Below are positions 1 to 9,458 of a stretch of 64,000 bases of DNA, piece by piece. Origin of the DNA: a virus; the IMG/VR virus record IMGVR_UViG_3300042465_006864, positions 1 through 64,000 of that record; one strand, given 5' to 3'. Under the pieces are notes generated by a model. It made no database searches and was not told the origin of the DNA. It saw nothing but the letters and a program-made list of their open reading frames with translations. The stretch's first letter is position 1, and each line of letters starts with the position of its first letter. A program made the translations under genes and the position numbers.

Positions 1-916
1 TAAATTCATCTATTCTATTTGTTAAACTATATGGTATAGTTGTTCTATTTATACCAATATAATAAGCTTGACTATTTGCTGTTGGTCCTCTAACAAGAAA
101 AATACCACGATGAGCGTATAAATCATTACCACTAAAAGAAACAACTCCTGCACTACTAGTAGTCCAAGTATCACCAAACACTGGACTCGCACCAAATGTT
201 GTTGCACCAGAAGCAGCGACCACGTTAAGATCTTGGTTATACTGATCATCAAAATCTAAAAATTGCTCCCATGTTGTTTGAACAAATGTGGTGTCGTCTG
301 TGATTCTTTCGTTTCTGCTAGTATACCTAGAATCAGCTAGTCCTTTTGTAATTATATCAGATGAGGTGACTGCTAATTGATTTGGTAATCTATTAGCTGT
401 TCCATTGCCAACAATATTATCAGAGAATGTCTTTAGACCAGCGATTGTTTGGTCTCCAGTTGTGTATACTAAATTGCTTGCAGTTACATTGCCGCTCGCG
501 CTAATGTTTCCAGTCACACTTAAATTGCCTGATACAGTTAACGCTTCCGTTGGATTTGTCGTTCCAATACCAACTTTATTATTTCGAACTACCAAAGCAT
601 TGGAACCGTATGTGCCTATTGTAACAACGTCATTAAGTCCAGTGTCAACACTAACAATAGGCAAGCCAGAAGCGTCATTAACAGTAAAGACTGTACCTGT
701 AACTGCATCTGTTACGGCAAATAATGATCCGTTTGCACCATTAATTTGTAAACGTGATAGTGAACTGGTATTGAGACTGCTAATCGTTAATCCCGCACTA
801 CCATTATGAGCCAATGAAACTGCATTGCCCGTAAGTGCTGGCGATGTACTAGCTCCTGCCGTATCTGACGAAAAGAATATTGTTGAGCTATTTGGTATGG
901 ATAATATGTTTGGCAT
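1..916 (-). CDS. tail fibre / virion structural protein (runs off the left window edge)
   Basis: ATG at 916 (MPNILSIPNSSTIFF...); contains VGIGTTNPTEALTVSGNLSVTGNISASG, the same repeat type as 3782..4636; absent from the ORF track because it is truncated. Confidence 0.7.
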   Translation of the reverse strand, partial: MPNILSIPNSSTIFFSSDTAGASTSPALTGNAVSLAHNGSAGLTISSLNTSSLSRLQINGANGSLFAVTDAVTGTVFTVNDASGLPIVSVDTGLNDVVTIGTYGSNALVVRNNKVGIGTTNPTEALTVSGNLSVTGNISASGNVTASNLVYTTGDQTIAGLKTFSDNIVGNGTANRLPNQLAVTSSDIITKGLADSRYTSRNERITDDTTFVQTTWEQFLDFDDQYNQDLNVVAASGATTFGASPVFGDTWTTSSAGVVSFSGNDLYAHRGIFLVRGPTANSQAYYIGINRTTIPYSLTNRIDEF

Positions 917-931
917 CTGTTTATATTTATT

Positions 932-1615
932 TTAAATTCCGAATCGTGAACGTGTTGCGTTAAAGTTTTGTGCTATTTCTGAGGCACTAAGAGCGCGATT
1001 ATATACTAAATATTTTCCAATATTCCCAGCAATATAATTATCTAAGGTAGATCCATTGGTCTGAGAGGCTCCTATAGTTGCTATAGTTGGCGATGTATTA
1101 ATTATGCTAGATGTAAATGCTATACTACTTAAAAAATTACCATTAACATAAAGTTGTTTCTCTGAATCATTAACTTGCAATGTTAGATTTGTCCAGACAT
1201 TAAGAGTAGGCGCATAGCCTGTAGTCCATTGATTAGCAATATCACCAGTATCAAATCTAATTGTATTGCTTCCCGTCAATCCTAAAGCAAATATTGAAAT
1301 TCCATGACCCAGTATTGTGCGAGATGTATAAAAAGATTGATTCTTTACACCAGTAAGCTTCGCCCAAAATGATATACAAAACGGCTTAGCTGACAATATA
1401 CTGTTTAAAGAAATATAGTCATTCACACCATCAAAAACTAAACTACCCTTATTAGTACTGTCGTAACCAACATCATTCACAAGAGTACCGTTATTTCCTA
1501 AACCGCTACAATCAGTCCAAACTGTTCCAGAACCACTATATGAACTTGGATCACTAGCATCAAGTGCTAGTACGAGTCCTGCTTCTACAATATTTGGACC
1601 AACATCAGCACTCAT
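932..1615 (-). CDS. LamG/concanavalin-A-like virion protein
   Basis: GLVLALDASDPSSYSGSGTVWTD, FDGVNDY and YNRALSASEIAQNFNA motifs typical of phage LamG proteins. Confidence 0.8.
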   Translation of the reverse strand: MSADVGPNIVEAGLVLALDASDPSSYSGSGTVWTDCSGLGNNGTLVNDVGYDSTNKGSLVFDGVNDYISLNSILSAKPFCISFWAKLTGVKNQSFYTSRTILGHGISIFALGLTGSNTIRFDTGDIANQWTTGYAPTLNVWTNLTLQVNDSEKQLYVNGNFLSSIAFTSSIINTSPTIATIGASQTNGSTLDNYIAGNIGKYLVYNRALSASEIAQNFNATRSRFGI

Positions 1616-2298
1616 AAACCAAACCTCCCCTTTGTTACGTTAAAGTTTTGTGCTATTTCATCTACATTAAGAGCGCGGTTATATACTCTAAAACAAGAAC
1701 AATTCATGGGTATAGGATATGAAGTGTTAATCCTCCAACCTGAAATTCTTCCATTTCCGCTATTAAAATTTCGATAAGTTGAAGATTCGCCACTACCTAG
1801 TTGGGATAAGGTTTGAGAGACTGTGTTGATATATATTTTATTATTAGTATATGGTACATCGCTTCTCATTTCAAAAACATAATGCTTCCAATTATTTACC
1901 AATCCTAAAGAAGAAACAGTTGCAACAGGTATTCCAAGCATATCGCTAACACTTGTATTATAACCCAAACCACCATTGCCACAATAAACATCATACCTAT
2001 CCCACCCCATGATCATTTTATTTGCATAACTAGAACCAAGTTTACACCACATTTCAACTGTTGTGGTTGTTCCTAAGTTGGGAGCGGTAAAATCAACATA
2101 ATCATTGCTGCCATCAAATAGCAATGACCCTCGATTATCAGAGTTATAAGCAACGCCATTCACTAGAGTTGCGTTACTAGCATTCCCACTGCGATCAGCC
2201 CAAGTTGTCCCTGAGCCAGAGTATGACTTTGGATCGCTAGCGTCAAGTGCTAGCACGAGTCCATTTGTTACTATGTTGGGTGAATGATGAAGAGCCAT
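1612..2298 (-). CDS. LamG/concanavalin-A-like virion protein, paralogue of 932..1615
   Basis: Same terminal motifs (GLVLALDASDPKSYSGSG; YNRALNVDEIAQNFN); preceded by GTGTAA. Confidence 0.8.
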   Translation of the reverse strand: MALHHSPNIVTNGLVLALDASDPKSYSGSGTTWADRSGNASNATLVNGVAYNSDNRGSLLFDGSNDYVDFTAPNLGTTTTVEMWCKLGSSYANKMIMGWDRYDVYCGNGGLGYNTSVSDMLGIPVATVSSLGLVNNWKHYVFEMRSDVPYTNNKIYINTVSQTLSQLGSGESSTYRNFNSGNGRISGWRINTSYPIPMNCSCFRVYNRALNVDEIAQNFNVTKGRFGL

Positions 2299-2307
2299 TT
2301 TAATTAT

Positions 2308-2313
2308 TTACAC
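2308..2313 (-). promoter_or_regulatory. GTGTAA putative late-promoter motif
   Basis: 9 nt upstream of ATG 2298. Confidence 0.7.
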
Positions 2314-2316
2314 TTG

Positions 2317-3780
2317 TTAGGGTATGATGTTCCATTTTTGAGCAAGGTATCTTTGAACCTCACGACGATCATTTGCTGTTAAAAGTTTTGTGAAATAGAT
2401 AATTTCAGCAATGTCGCAATTACAAGGTAAATTTCCTGTATTATATGCTCCTACACCAAAACTTTGTGCTAGCTTTGTAAATACTCCTGGATCTTGCGAA
2501 AACGAATTTGTAGTAGCATGTGCTGTTCCATTAACTCTTTGAATATGTCCAGCATTTGTACTGGTAAGTTCGACTTCAACAATTCTAAAAACATTATTTT
2601 GCAAATTTTGAGACGCTGCTAACTTTGATGTAAGTTTAGTTGTTCCTGATGCTCCGTTTTGAGCTGTTTCGAGTCTTGCTGCATTTACAGCAACATAATT
2701 TGCCCCAAGTGGAGGATTTTCATAGTTATTAGCATGTGCAGCAAATATTTTATATTGTGTTGAATTTTTTGATGCCGTTACTAAAAAGTATGTACAATCT
2801 TGTGTTCCACCAAAAGCTGGAGTAGCAAGAAAATCATTACTACCATCAAATGCTAAAACATCTTTACCGCCTTGTACACCAAGTGTTCGTAGCGGTCTAT
2901 TAGCTAATGTAGCTTGTGTTGCATGTCTAGCATTGCCACTCTTATCTTCCCATCTTGCTACTGCACCACCTGCGCCAACCAAAGATCCTCCAGTTGTAGC
3001 ATCATAAAGAGTGTTGCTATCACTTGCATCCAACCATAATGCAGGACCAAGACTAAGAGGATTAAAGCCAAGACCCCATTTTTTAGCGAGATAGTTTTCT
3101 ACTGATTTGCGATCAGATGTTGAGAGAGCAGTGGGGAATATGAGTATTTCAGATATGTCGCCACGAAGGTATGAAACAATCCTTCCTCCTGACGCAGTTG
3201 ATCCAATTCGTGATATAGATCCGCTCGCCGCTCCAACAGGTCCTGAGTTTGTAAGAGGAGTCGCTACTCCATTAGTCCAAAGAGAATAATTTGACGCTCC
3301 GTTCGTTGATCCACCTGACCAAATGGCAGATATAATTCTGCTGCTATTTTCAGCAAGCGACCCGCCTCTACCATATGCTGTTGAATTTCCGTCTGAACCA
3401 ACCACCAAAGGTCCATAAGCATTATCATTATTAATGCCAATTTCAACCGCAGTCCTTGTTGTAGATGCCTGTAACACCTGAAAAATCGTTTGATACGTAC
3501 CACCACCACTTGATCTTTGTGCAACAACGAAAACAGTGAATGCGCTCAAATCAAATCGGGCAAACGTCATAGTATCATTCACTCCATCAAATCTCCTCAC
3601 TTGCCGACCATTCAAAGCATTACTAACAATCGCAGGTTGAGCTGATGCAGTTGCTTGTGTAGCATTTCGTCCATTGCCACTGAGATCTTCCCACACAGCA
3701 GGATCACTGCCAGTATCACTAAGCCATAGTGCTGGACTTAGACTGAGTGGATCAAAACTGTTACCATATGCTGTTCCCAT
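2317..3780 (-). CDS. virion protein with two tandem LamG-like domains
   Basis: Internal duplication: FDPLSLSPALWL...WEDLSGNGRNATQAT...YLAKKW and FNPLSLGPALWL...WEDKSGNARHATQAT...YLAQKW. Confidence 0.75.
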   Translation of the reverse strand: MGTAYGNSFDPLSLSPALWLSDTGSDPAVWEDLSGNGRNATQATASAQPAIVSNALNGRQVRRFDGVNDTMTFARFDLSAFTVFVVAQRSSGGGTYQTIFQVLQASTTRTAVEIGINNDNAYGPLVVGSDGNSTAYGRGGSLAENSSRIISAIWSGGSTNGASNYSLWTNGVATPLTNSGPVGAASGSISRIGSTASGGRIVSYLRGDISEILIFPTALSTSDRKSVENYLAKKWGLGFNPLSLGPALWLDASDSNTLYDATTGGSLVGAGGAVARWEDKSGNARHATQATLANRPLRTLGVQGGKDVLAFDGSNDFLATPAFGGTQDCTYFLVTASKNSTQYKIFAAHANNYENPPLGANYVAVNAARLETAQNGASGTTKLTSKLAASQNLQNNVFRIVEVELTSTNAGHIQRVNGTAHATTNSFSQDPGVFTKLAQSFGVGAYNTGNLPCNCDIAEIIYFTKLLTANDRREVQRYLAQKWNIIP

Positions 3781-3781
3781 A

Positions 3782-4636
3782 TTATTCTGCTGTTTCTACG
3801 ACCAAAGCTTCAACATCTTTACGTGTGCCATATACAACATAATGATACTCTCCAGCTGCTCCGCCTACAACTACTTTTTTATTATCTGCGCTTATTATAT
3901 ATAATGGCTGATGTGAGCCGTATGGTGTTAATGTAACTGTTACGCTATCGGATTCAACAAGCCAGTCCCAGTGATCAGGTAGTATTATAGTATCATCGCT
4001 TGTTTTCCCACGAACATATACACCGTGTTCATTGCTTTCAACAACACCATATTGCAAATAACCAGCTTTAGTTTGATGTGGTATTTTAAAGCTTTTTGTT
4101 GCTGCTGCTAAATGTCCAGTGCATGTTATGTTACCAGTTGCGCTGATGTTTCCAGATACTGTCAGACGCTCAGATGGTGTCGTCGTGCCAATACCAACTC
4201 TATCATTTACACTATCAACAAACAGTGTATTTGTATCAACTGTTAAATTTCCAGTTGCACTTATATTACCAACAACTGTCAGTTTTTCGTTTGGTGTCGT
4301 AGTGCCAATGCCGACATTACCGCCATTAATCCAACTATCTCCAGTTTTAGAGAGTTTATAAGCATTCACACCAAACTCTCTTAAGCTACCATTTAGATAA
4401 TTATCACCTCTTATCACAACCTGACCGTTAACATCAAGCATGAAAGTACTTTGTGGTGTAGTCGTCCCGATACCTACTCTATTATTGACACTATCTACAA
4501 ACAATGTATTTGTATCAACCGTTAAATTACCTGATATGCTTACAGGTTTAGTGAATGCTATACTAGCACCAGCATTCAGATTATTGAGCGCTGCATTATC
4601 TGCTAAGACTGATGATGTTGCTTTGGTTATTGCCAT
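3782..4636 (-). CDS. tail fibre protein with C-terminal chaperone-like domain
   Basis: Repeated NLTVDTNTLFVDSVNxRVGIGTTTP; C-terminal KSFKIPH...YVRG...ILPDHW...YVVYGTRKD. Confidence 0.75.
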   Translation of the reverse strand: MAITKATSSVLADNAALNNLNAGASIAFTKPVSISGNLTVDTNTLFVDSVNNRVGIGTTTPQSTFMLDVNGQVVIRGDNYLNGSLREFGVNAYKLSKTGDSWINGGNVGIGTTTPNEKLTVVGNISATGNLTVDTNTLFVDSVNDRVGIGTTTPSERLTVSGNISATGNITCTGHLAAATKSFKIPHQTKAGYLQYGVVESNEHGVYVRGKTSDDTIILPDHWDWLVESDSVTVTLTPYGSHQPLYIISADNKKVVVGGAAGEYHYVVYGTRKDVEALVVETAE

Positions 4637-4638
4637 AT

Positions 4639-7533
4639 TTAATTTTTTCCTCCGTAGTTAAGTTCATAGAGATACATATTAGTCGTTCCCGTAGATGCGA
4701 CTAATGTTTTTGCCATTTGACCAAGACCTCCAAATCCTAAATTTGGTCTAGCTGGCGCACCGCTAGCAACATAAGTTACACTGCCAATTAGAATAGTATC
4801 ATTTAACCAAAAATTGAATACTCCATTTGATTTATGTATGTATATTCTTGCTAATTTTTCGGCAAATGCGTCTGTATTCAAAAGCACATTTGAAATATAA
4901 TGTGAGTTTCCACCGCTTGTCCAAGTGCCATTTCCGCTTGAGCTATTTAATGAATATGAATTACCATCAATCCGTGTTACTGTCCAAATTCCATTTGCTG
5001 CTGTATTACCTAAACAGCCATCAATTTCTATTTGATCATTCGTAACAAAACCATGATTATTTTGCGTAATGACAATAGGTGATGCATTTGTAGCCGCAGA
5101 TATTGTGGATCTAAAATAAGGTAGTCCAAACCCATGAAAAATACGAATATCATAATTCGTTGATGAAGATCCATTTGTGATATGAACTCCTAGTCCGCCA
5201 TATACTGATACTATTCCATCAGTATTAATATTACCTGCAAAAAGCTTAACGAGTTGATTTGTTCTTACATTTGCACTATTGATAGCATATGTAAAATTGA
5301 ACACCCAATCAAACCATATCTCTGACATATCCCACTGGATTGATGAGTAACCATTTGCTGTAACTATTCCTAGTGGACATAAGGATAATTGATTTGCTTG
5401 TGAAAATGATTTAGATCCTAATGTAGTAGTAGTATACGCATTCAAATAGGACGGAGTTGGAGAAGTGCCTCCACCACTCGCATGAGATGTGTTCCAAGTT
5501 CCGCCAACATTACATTTGCGATTAATGATATATCCATTTAGTCCTGCATTTACTCGCGTAGTTAATACACTATCAAGAGAAGAATATAATTGATTAGGTA
5601 ATGATAAACTATTAGAAACTTGTAATGAATCTGCAATAGTTAAATCTTGAACAGTTAAGTCTGCATCCAACTTAGCACTTGTCACGCTACCATCAGCAGG
5701 TATGTTTTGTGATACCTGTAAACTATTCGTCGGTGATATGACAACTGCTTTGCTTCCACTTGGTAATGGACTTGTGAATGTTATGTTTCCACTAGCTACA
5801 GTATAGTCAACAACAGGCTCTTGTAAGATACCATCAATAGCCACAATGAGTGCTGATGGATTTACTAACCCGCTTGCTCCCGATATTGCATATCCAGAAG
5901 TAGCGCCATTACCTGTTACAGTTGTTCTTACTGGATCGACAACTGTTGCATAGTTATTAGGATTGCTTGCAGCGTAGAACTGTCCCGTTTGAAACTGTGT
6001 AATAAATACTCCAGTTTCTGTTTTTAAAGCATAATTTCCTGTCGCACTGTTCAATGTGGAAATTTGGGTTTGCAAACTTCCACTAATGCCAGTCATCTCT
6101 TCAACAGAAGCTATCGTATATAAAACACTTAGATCGCTAGCTCTAGTTCCAATTCCAAACTTAAACTTATCTGAATGATCAAAACCAAGAATCGCACCAG
6201 AATCATTAATCCCAGTCAAACCAGAACCAGTAACAAAAAACAAACCACCATCAACTGCTCCACCAGTTAAGTTGAGCATGATGTAGTTACTTGCTACGTT
6301 TGTGTTTGTGGTATTTACGATTGTTTCAAGACCAGTTACATACAAATTGTTGATGTATACTTTATCATGAAAGGTTTTGTCTCCAAGTATTGTTTCTGTG
6401 CCAGTTGTATTAACGTATCTGGATTCAGATTCGTTTTTGGTATAATAGTTGCCAGAGAACGAAAGATCGACTCCTGTAATAAATCCAGAAGGATTGCTGG
6501 CAGCATAAAATGCCCCTGTCTCTGATGGTCTCACAACTTCTCCAGTGACATAGCCCGATAAAAGACCACTAACAGTATGATCAAAATCAATCAGCGTTCG
6601 CACTTGGCTTGCTGTCAAATCTTCAGGATCGCTTGTTCCAGCAGAAATACGACCTTTGATGCGCTGAGAAGCCATATCTGCCAATTTAGTATTGGTAACA
6701 GCGTTTGTGGCGATAATGTTAGTAGTGACAGAAAGACTCGACAACTTGTCAGTTGTGACGTTAAAGTTAGCGATTTTAGCAGTTGTCACTGCGCCATCGG
6801 CAATTTTGCTATTGGTAATTGCAGAGTTATCTATCGAAAAATTTAAATTGCTGGAGCTATTGCCAGTAATAGTAATATCACCACGATCACCTGTTAAAGA
6901 ATTAAAACTAATAAAATCACCAGTCTCACTTGGACGAACTACACTTCCTGTGACATAAGCAGAAAGGTCAACTCCCGTAATAAATCCCGAAGGATTACTC
7001 GTTGGATAAAATGCTCCTGTCTGCGATGGTCGCACAACTTCTCCAGTTACGTATGCAGATAAATCAACACCAGTAATAAATCCAGAAGGATTGTTGGCAG
7101 CGTAAAATGTTCCAGTTTGCGAAGCGGTGATGAAGCTGCCTGTTTCAGAGGGTCTTACCACATCTCCTGTAACATATGCTGACAAGTCAACGCCAGTAAT
7201 GAATCCAGATGGATTAGAAGCAGGATAAAAAGCTCCAGTTTGCGAAGCCGTAATGAAATTGCCCGTATCAGAAGGTCTAACAACTGCTCCAGTCACTAAA
7301 TTAGTATACTGTCCAGATGTTAAGTGATAATAGCTATTGACAGAACCACCTTGTAAGCCACCTAAAAGATTGTGAAGAAGTTCATCACTTCCGCCGCTTT
7401 GATGCGTTACTGAGTGATTAATAATGCCCTGATTTAACGTCAAAGGATTAATGTAAATATTTTCGCCAGTATCATTCACTGTGATACTAGTAGTTTCTGG
7501 AGAGATTACATTAACAACAACTGAGTCTGGCAT
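4639..7533 (-). CDS. long tail fibre protein
   Basis: 964 aa, S/T/G-rich; repeats of NPSGFITGVDLSAYVTGxVVRPSxTG and IADGAVTTAKIA; IDGILQEPVVDYTV motif. Confidence 0.75.
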   Translation of the reverse strand: MPDSVVVNVISPETTSITVNDTGENIYINPLTLNQGIINHSVTHQSGGSDELLHNLLGGLQGGSVNSYYHLTSGQYTNLVTGAVVRPSDTGNFITASQTGAFYPASNPSGFITGVDLSAYVTGDVVRPSETGSFITASQTGTFYAANNPSGFITGVDLSAYVTGEVVRPSQTGAFYPTSNPSGFITGVDLSAYVTGSVVRPSETGDFISFNSLTGDRGDITITGNSSSNLNFSIDNSAITNSKIADGAVTTAKIANFNVTTDKLSSLSVTTNIIATNAVTNTKLADMASQRIKGRISAGTSDPEDLTASQVRTLIDFDHTVSGLLSGYVTGEVVRPSETGAFYAASNPSGFITGVDLSFSGNYYTKNESESRYVNTTGTETILGDKTFHDKVYINNLYVTGLETIVNTTNTNVASNYIMLNLTGGAVDGGLFFVTGSGLTGINDSGAILGFDHSDKFKFGIGTRASDLSVLYTIASVEEMTGISGSLQTQISTLNSATGNYALKTETGVFITQFQTGQFYAASNPNNYATVVDPVRTTVTGNGATSGYAISGASGLVNPSALIVAIDGILQEPVVDYTVASGNITFTSPLPSGSKAVVISPTNSLQVSQNIPADGSVTSAKLDADLTVQDLTIADSLQVSNSLSLPNQLYSSLDSVLTTRVNAGLNGYIINRKCNVGGTWNTSHASGGGTSPTPSYLNAYTTTTLGSKSFSQANQLSLCPLGIVTANGYSSIQWDMSEIWFDWVFNFTYAINSANVRTNQLVKLFAGNINTDGIVSVYGGLGVHITNGSSSTNYDIRIFHGFGLPYFRSTISAATNASPIVITQNNHGFVTNDQIEIDGCLGNTAANGIWTVTRIDGNSYSLNSSSGNGTWTSGGNSHYISNVLLNTDAFAEKLARIYIHKSNGVFNFWLNDTILIGSVTYVASGAPARPNLGFGGLGQMAKTLVASTGTTNMYLYELNYGGKN
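6460..7300 (-). repeat. intragenic coding repeats (FYxxxNPSGFITGVDLS / VTGxVVRPSxTG)
   Basis: Four GFITGVDLS and five VVRPS copies in the translation; boundaries approximate. Confidence 0.75.
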
Positions 7534-7535
7534 AA

Positions 7536-7868
7536 TTATCTAGTGGTACTTTTTTCTACATAAACAGGTCCATAGAGCAATTTGTCTGGACACTCCGACT
7601 CTTTATCGACATATAAATCCCAGCTACAAGGCGCAAGATCAATATTGGCAGTAGTTGAGCCATTTAAACTGATTTTTACTATACCACTTGGTATGCTGAG
7701 TATTTCAGTTTGCAAAACAGCTTGCAATTCATCATCAAAGTCACGACGAATTTGTCCAGTCACATTAGCTCCGCTGAGATTATAAACGCTGCCGTTTTTC
7801 TGTAACTGCACTGTTAAATTAAAACATGCCCTTTGCTCAATATGAATACCTGTCAATGATGCGCTCAT
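7536..7868 (-). CDS. small tail/baseplate adaptor-like protein
   Basis: YNLSGANVTGQIR...GIVKISL...WDL pattern typical of fibre-associated adaptors; preceded by GTGTAA. Confidence 0.55.
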   Translation of the reverse strand: MSASLTGIHIEQRACFNLTVQLQKNGSVYNLSGANVTGQIRRDFDDELQAVLQTEILSIPSGIVKISLNGSTTANIDLAPCSWDLYVDKESECPDKLLYGPVYVEKSTTR

Positions 7869-7877
7869 TAACCATTA

Positions 7878-7883
7878 TTACAC
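7878..7883 (-). promoter_or_regulatory. GTGTAA putative late-promoter motif
   Basis: 9 nt upstream of ATG 7868. Confidence 0.7.
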
Positions 7884-8288
7884 CCAATCAATCTCGTCTG
7901 GAGAATATTTACACGTAAGTTCTTCTCCAATTTGAATTTTTCTTGCGGCATAATAAATATCTCGCTCTTTGTCGTGAATTAAGTTTGGTTCATCAGAATG
8001 ATTGACGAAATAAGCTGCGCCAATATCGTTAATGTGGCAATCAATCCAAAAGCCGTATTCATTGTTATTGCAGACTTTTTTGATATGATCCAAGATGTTA
8101 TGCTCTACATTTTTAACTTCACCCCATCGAATGAAGCACAAGTCTTTTGGCGCAAAAACAACTTCGTTTTTATTAATTTCGGTAAGAGTAACAGCTCCAA
8201 CTCCTGCGCCAACGATAGAGCTTGGCACTAGCTTTACTAATATGCCATTGCATATTTGATTTGTTAATGCTTGTTTATTGAACGACAT
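7878..8288 (-). CDS. SET-domain protein (putative lysine methyltransferase)
   Basis: SET signatures: SSIVGAGVGAV, FVNHSDEPN (NHSxxPN) and ARKIQIGEELTCKY (GEELxxxY). Confidence 0.85.
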   Translation of the reverse strand: MSFNKQALTNQICNGILVKLVPSSIVGAGVGAVTLTEINKNEVVFAPKDLCFIRWGEVKNVEHNILDHIKKVCNNNEYGFWIDCHINDIGAAYFVNHSDEPNLIHDKERDIYYAARKIQIGEELTCKYSPDEIDWV

Positions 8289-8922
8289 TTTCTTCTTTTG
8301 GTTGAGTGGTGAATTCTGTCATGTAGCTATAATCAGTAAACAGTGTTCGTTTATTTTCGACGCTATACACTGTCAAGTCGATTTTATATCCAGGATTTTT
8401 GTCAATAGGTTTGTCAACCCATGCATTATCGTGCCACACAATGCGATTATTGGGGTAAGCATAAAAATTACCATTGTCCATTTTGAATACATGGGCGCAT
8501 TTATGTTCTGGTGTTTCAGAAAAATTAGTGTCTAAGATGCTCTTATTCTCCCATCCCCAATCAAGCGTGAACATATATTCTCCCGCTTCTCTGGTATTTT
8601 GCGGCGTAATAAGCAAAGCTCTAAGACCTTTCATTCGTGTGCGAACTTGAACATCAACATAAGGACTAAAACAATCCCAATACATTGCATGTTCCAATGG
8701 TACTGGATCGCAAGGCTTCCAACAGAATGCTGTAATAGGTCTGCGAGTCCAGTTAACTCCATTAGTTAAAAACGCTTCAAACAAAGGAACCCTCTTCTCA
8801 ATTGACGCTACAGAATGGACATCGCATGGAGTATATTCGCCATGCCCTTTTTCGTGATTAAAAAGATATTCATTGCGCAATAGGCAAGTAATCGTGGGAA
8901 TATTATGATTTAAATAAGACAC
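8275..8922 (-). CDS. hypothetical phage protein
   Basis: 215-aa ORF overlapping the SET gene start; GTGTAA 8 nt upstream. Confidence 0.7.
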   Translation of the reverse strand: MSYLNHNIPTITCLLRNEYLFNHEKGHGEYTPCDVHSVASIEKRVPLFEAFLTNGVNWTRRPITAFCWKPCDPVPLEHAMYWDCFSPYVDVQVRTRMKGLRALLITPQNTREAGEYMFTLDWGWENKSILDTNFSETPEHKCAHVFKMDNGNFYAYPNNRIVWHDNAWVDKPIDKNPGYKIDLTVYSVENKRTLFTDYSYMTEFTTQPKEENVVQ

Positions 8923-8930
8923 ATCTTATC

Positions 8931-8936
8931 TTACAC
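8931..8936 (-). promoter_or_regulatory. GTGTAA putative late-promoter motif
   Basis: 8 nt upstream of GTG 8922. Confidence 0.65.
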
Positions 8937-8975
8937 TTTTAGTAGAAAATTTCTACGCACTATTTAAAATCAGGT

Positions 8976-9458
8976 ATGATTCAACTCTATAAACCTAATT
9001 CAAAGTCGAGTGGATGCGCTTTTGCTTTCCGTCTTGGCACTACTGGTAAATTCAAAGACCCTTGCCTTTATGTCAACGCTATTATGCAGCATTCATGGGA
9101 TGAAAAAACCAAAAACGGTTCCTTTGCTGAGAATGCAAAAAACCCAGAAAAAACAGTAGTCATCAAACTAAACGAATTTGAAGTCGGCGGCATCATCAAC
9201 GCTATTGAAAACTATTCTGAATACAAAGCGTTTCATAGCCACGAAACAAATAAGACAAGCATCTCGTTTAAGCCTTACCAGAAAAATGATGGCACTAAAG
9301 CATTCTCTTTTTCTATTACCAAAAACTCAGCTTTGAAATTTGGTATTGGCATCGAACCTGGAGAAGCTTATGCCATCCGCGAGTTCTGTAAAGTGATCTT
9401 GCAAAAACTTTACGAAACTCGTTCAAACGCCCAAATGCAAAACCGCTCCGATGACTAA
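8976..9458 (+). CDS. hypothetical protein, possibly ssDNA-binding
   Basis: First gene of a plus-strand operon; beta-rich with aromatic/basic residues; function is a guess. Confidence 0.45.
   Translation: MIQLYKPNSKSSGCAFAFRLGTTGKFKDPCLYVNAIMQHSWDEKTKNGSFAENAKNPEKTVVIKLNEFEVGGIINAIENYSEYKAFHSHETNKTSISFKPYQKNDGTKAFSFSITKNSALKFGIGIEPGEAYAIREFCKVILQKLYETRSNAQMQNRSDD

Noticed and set aside
405-809. Plus-strand ORF 405..809 and similar antisense ORFs (e.g. 4119..4361, 35605..36060, 53471..53872)
   Set aside because: They are shadows of real genes or RNAs on the opposite strand and have no motifs or start signals.
932-2298. Diversity-generating retroelement TR/VR pair in the similar LamG gene ends
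   Set aside because: Differences are not adenine-specific, both copies are coding, and no reverse transcriptase is in the window.
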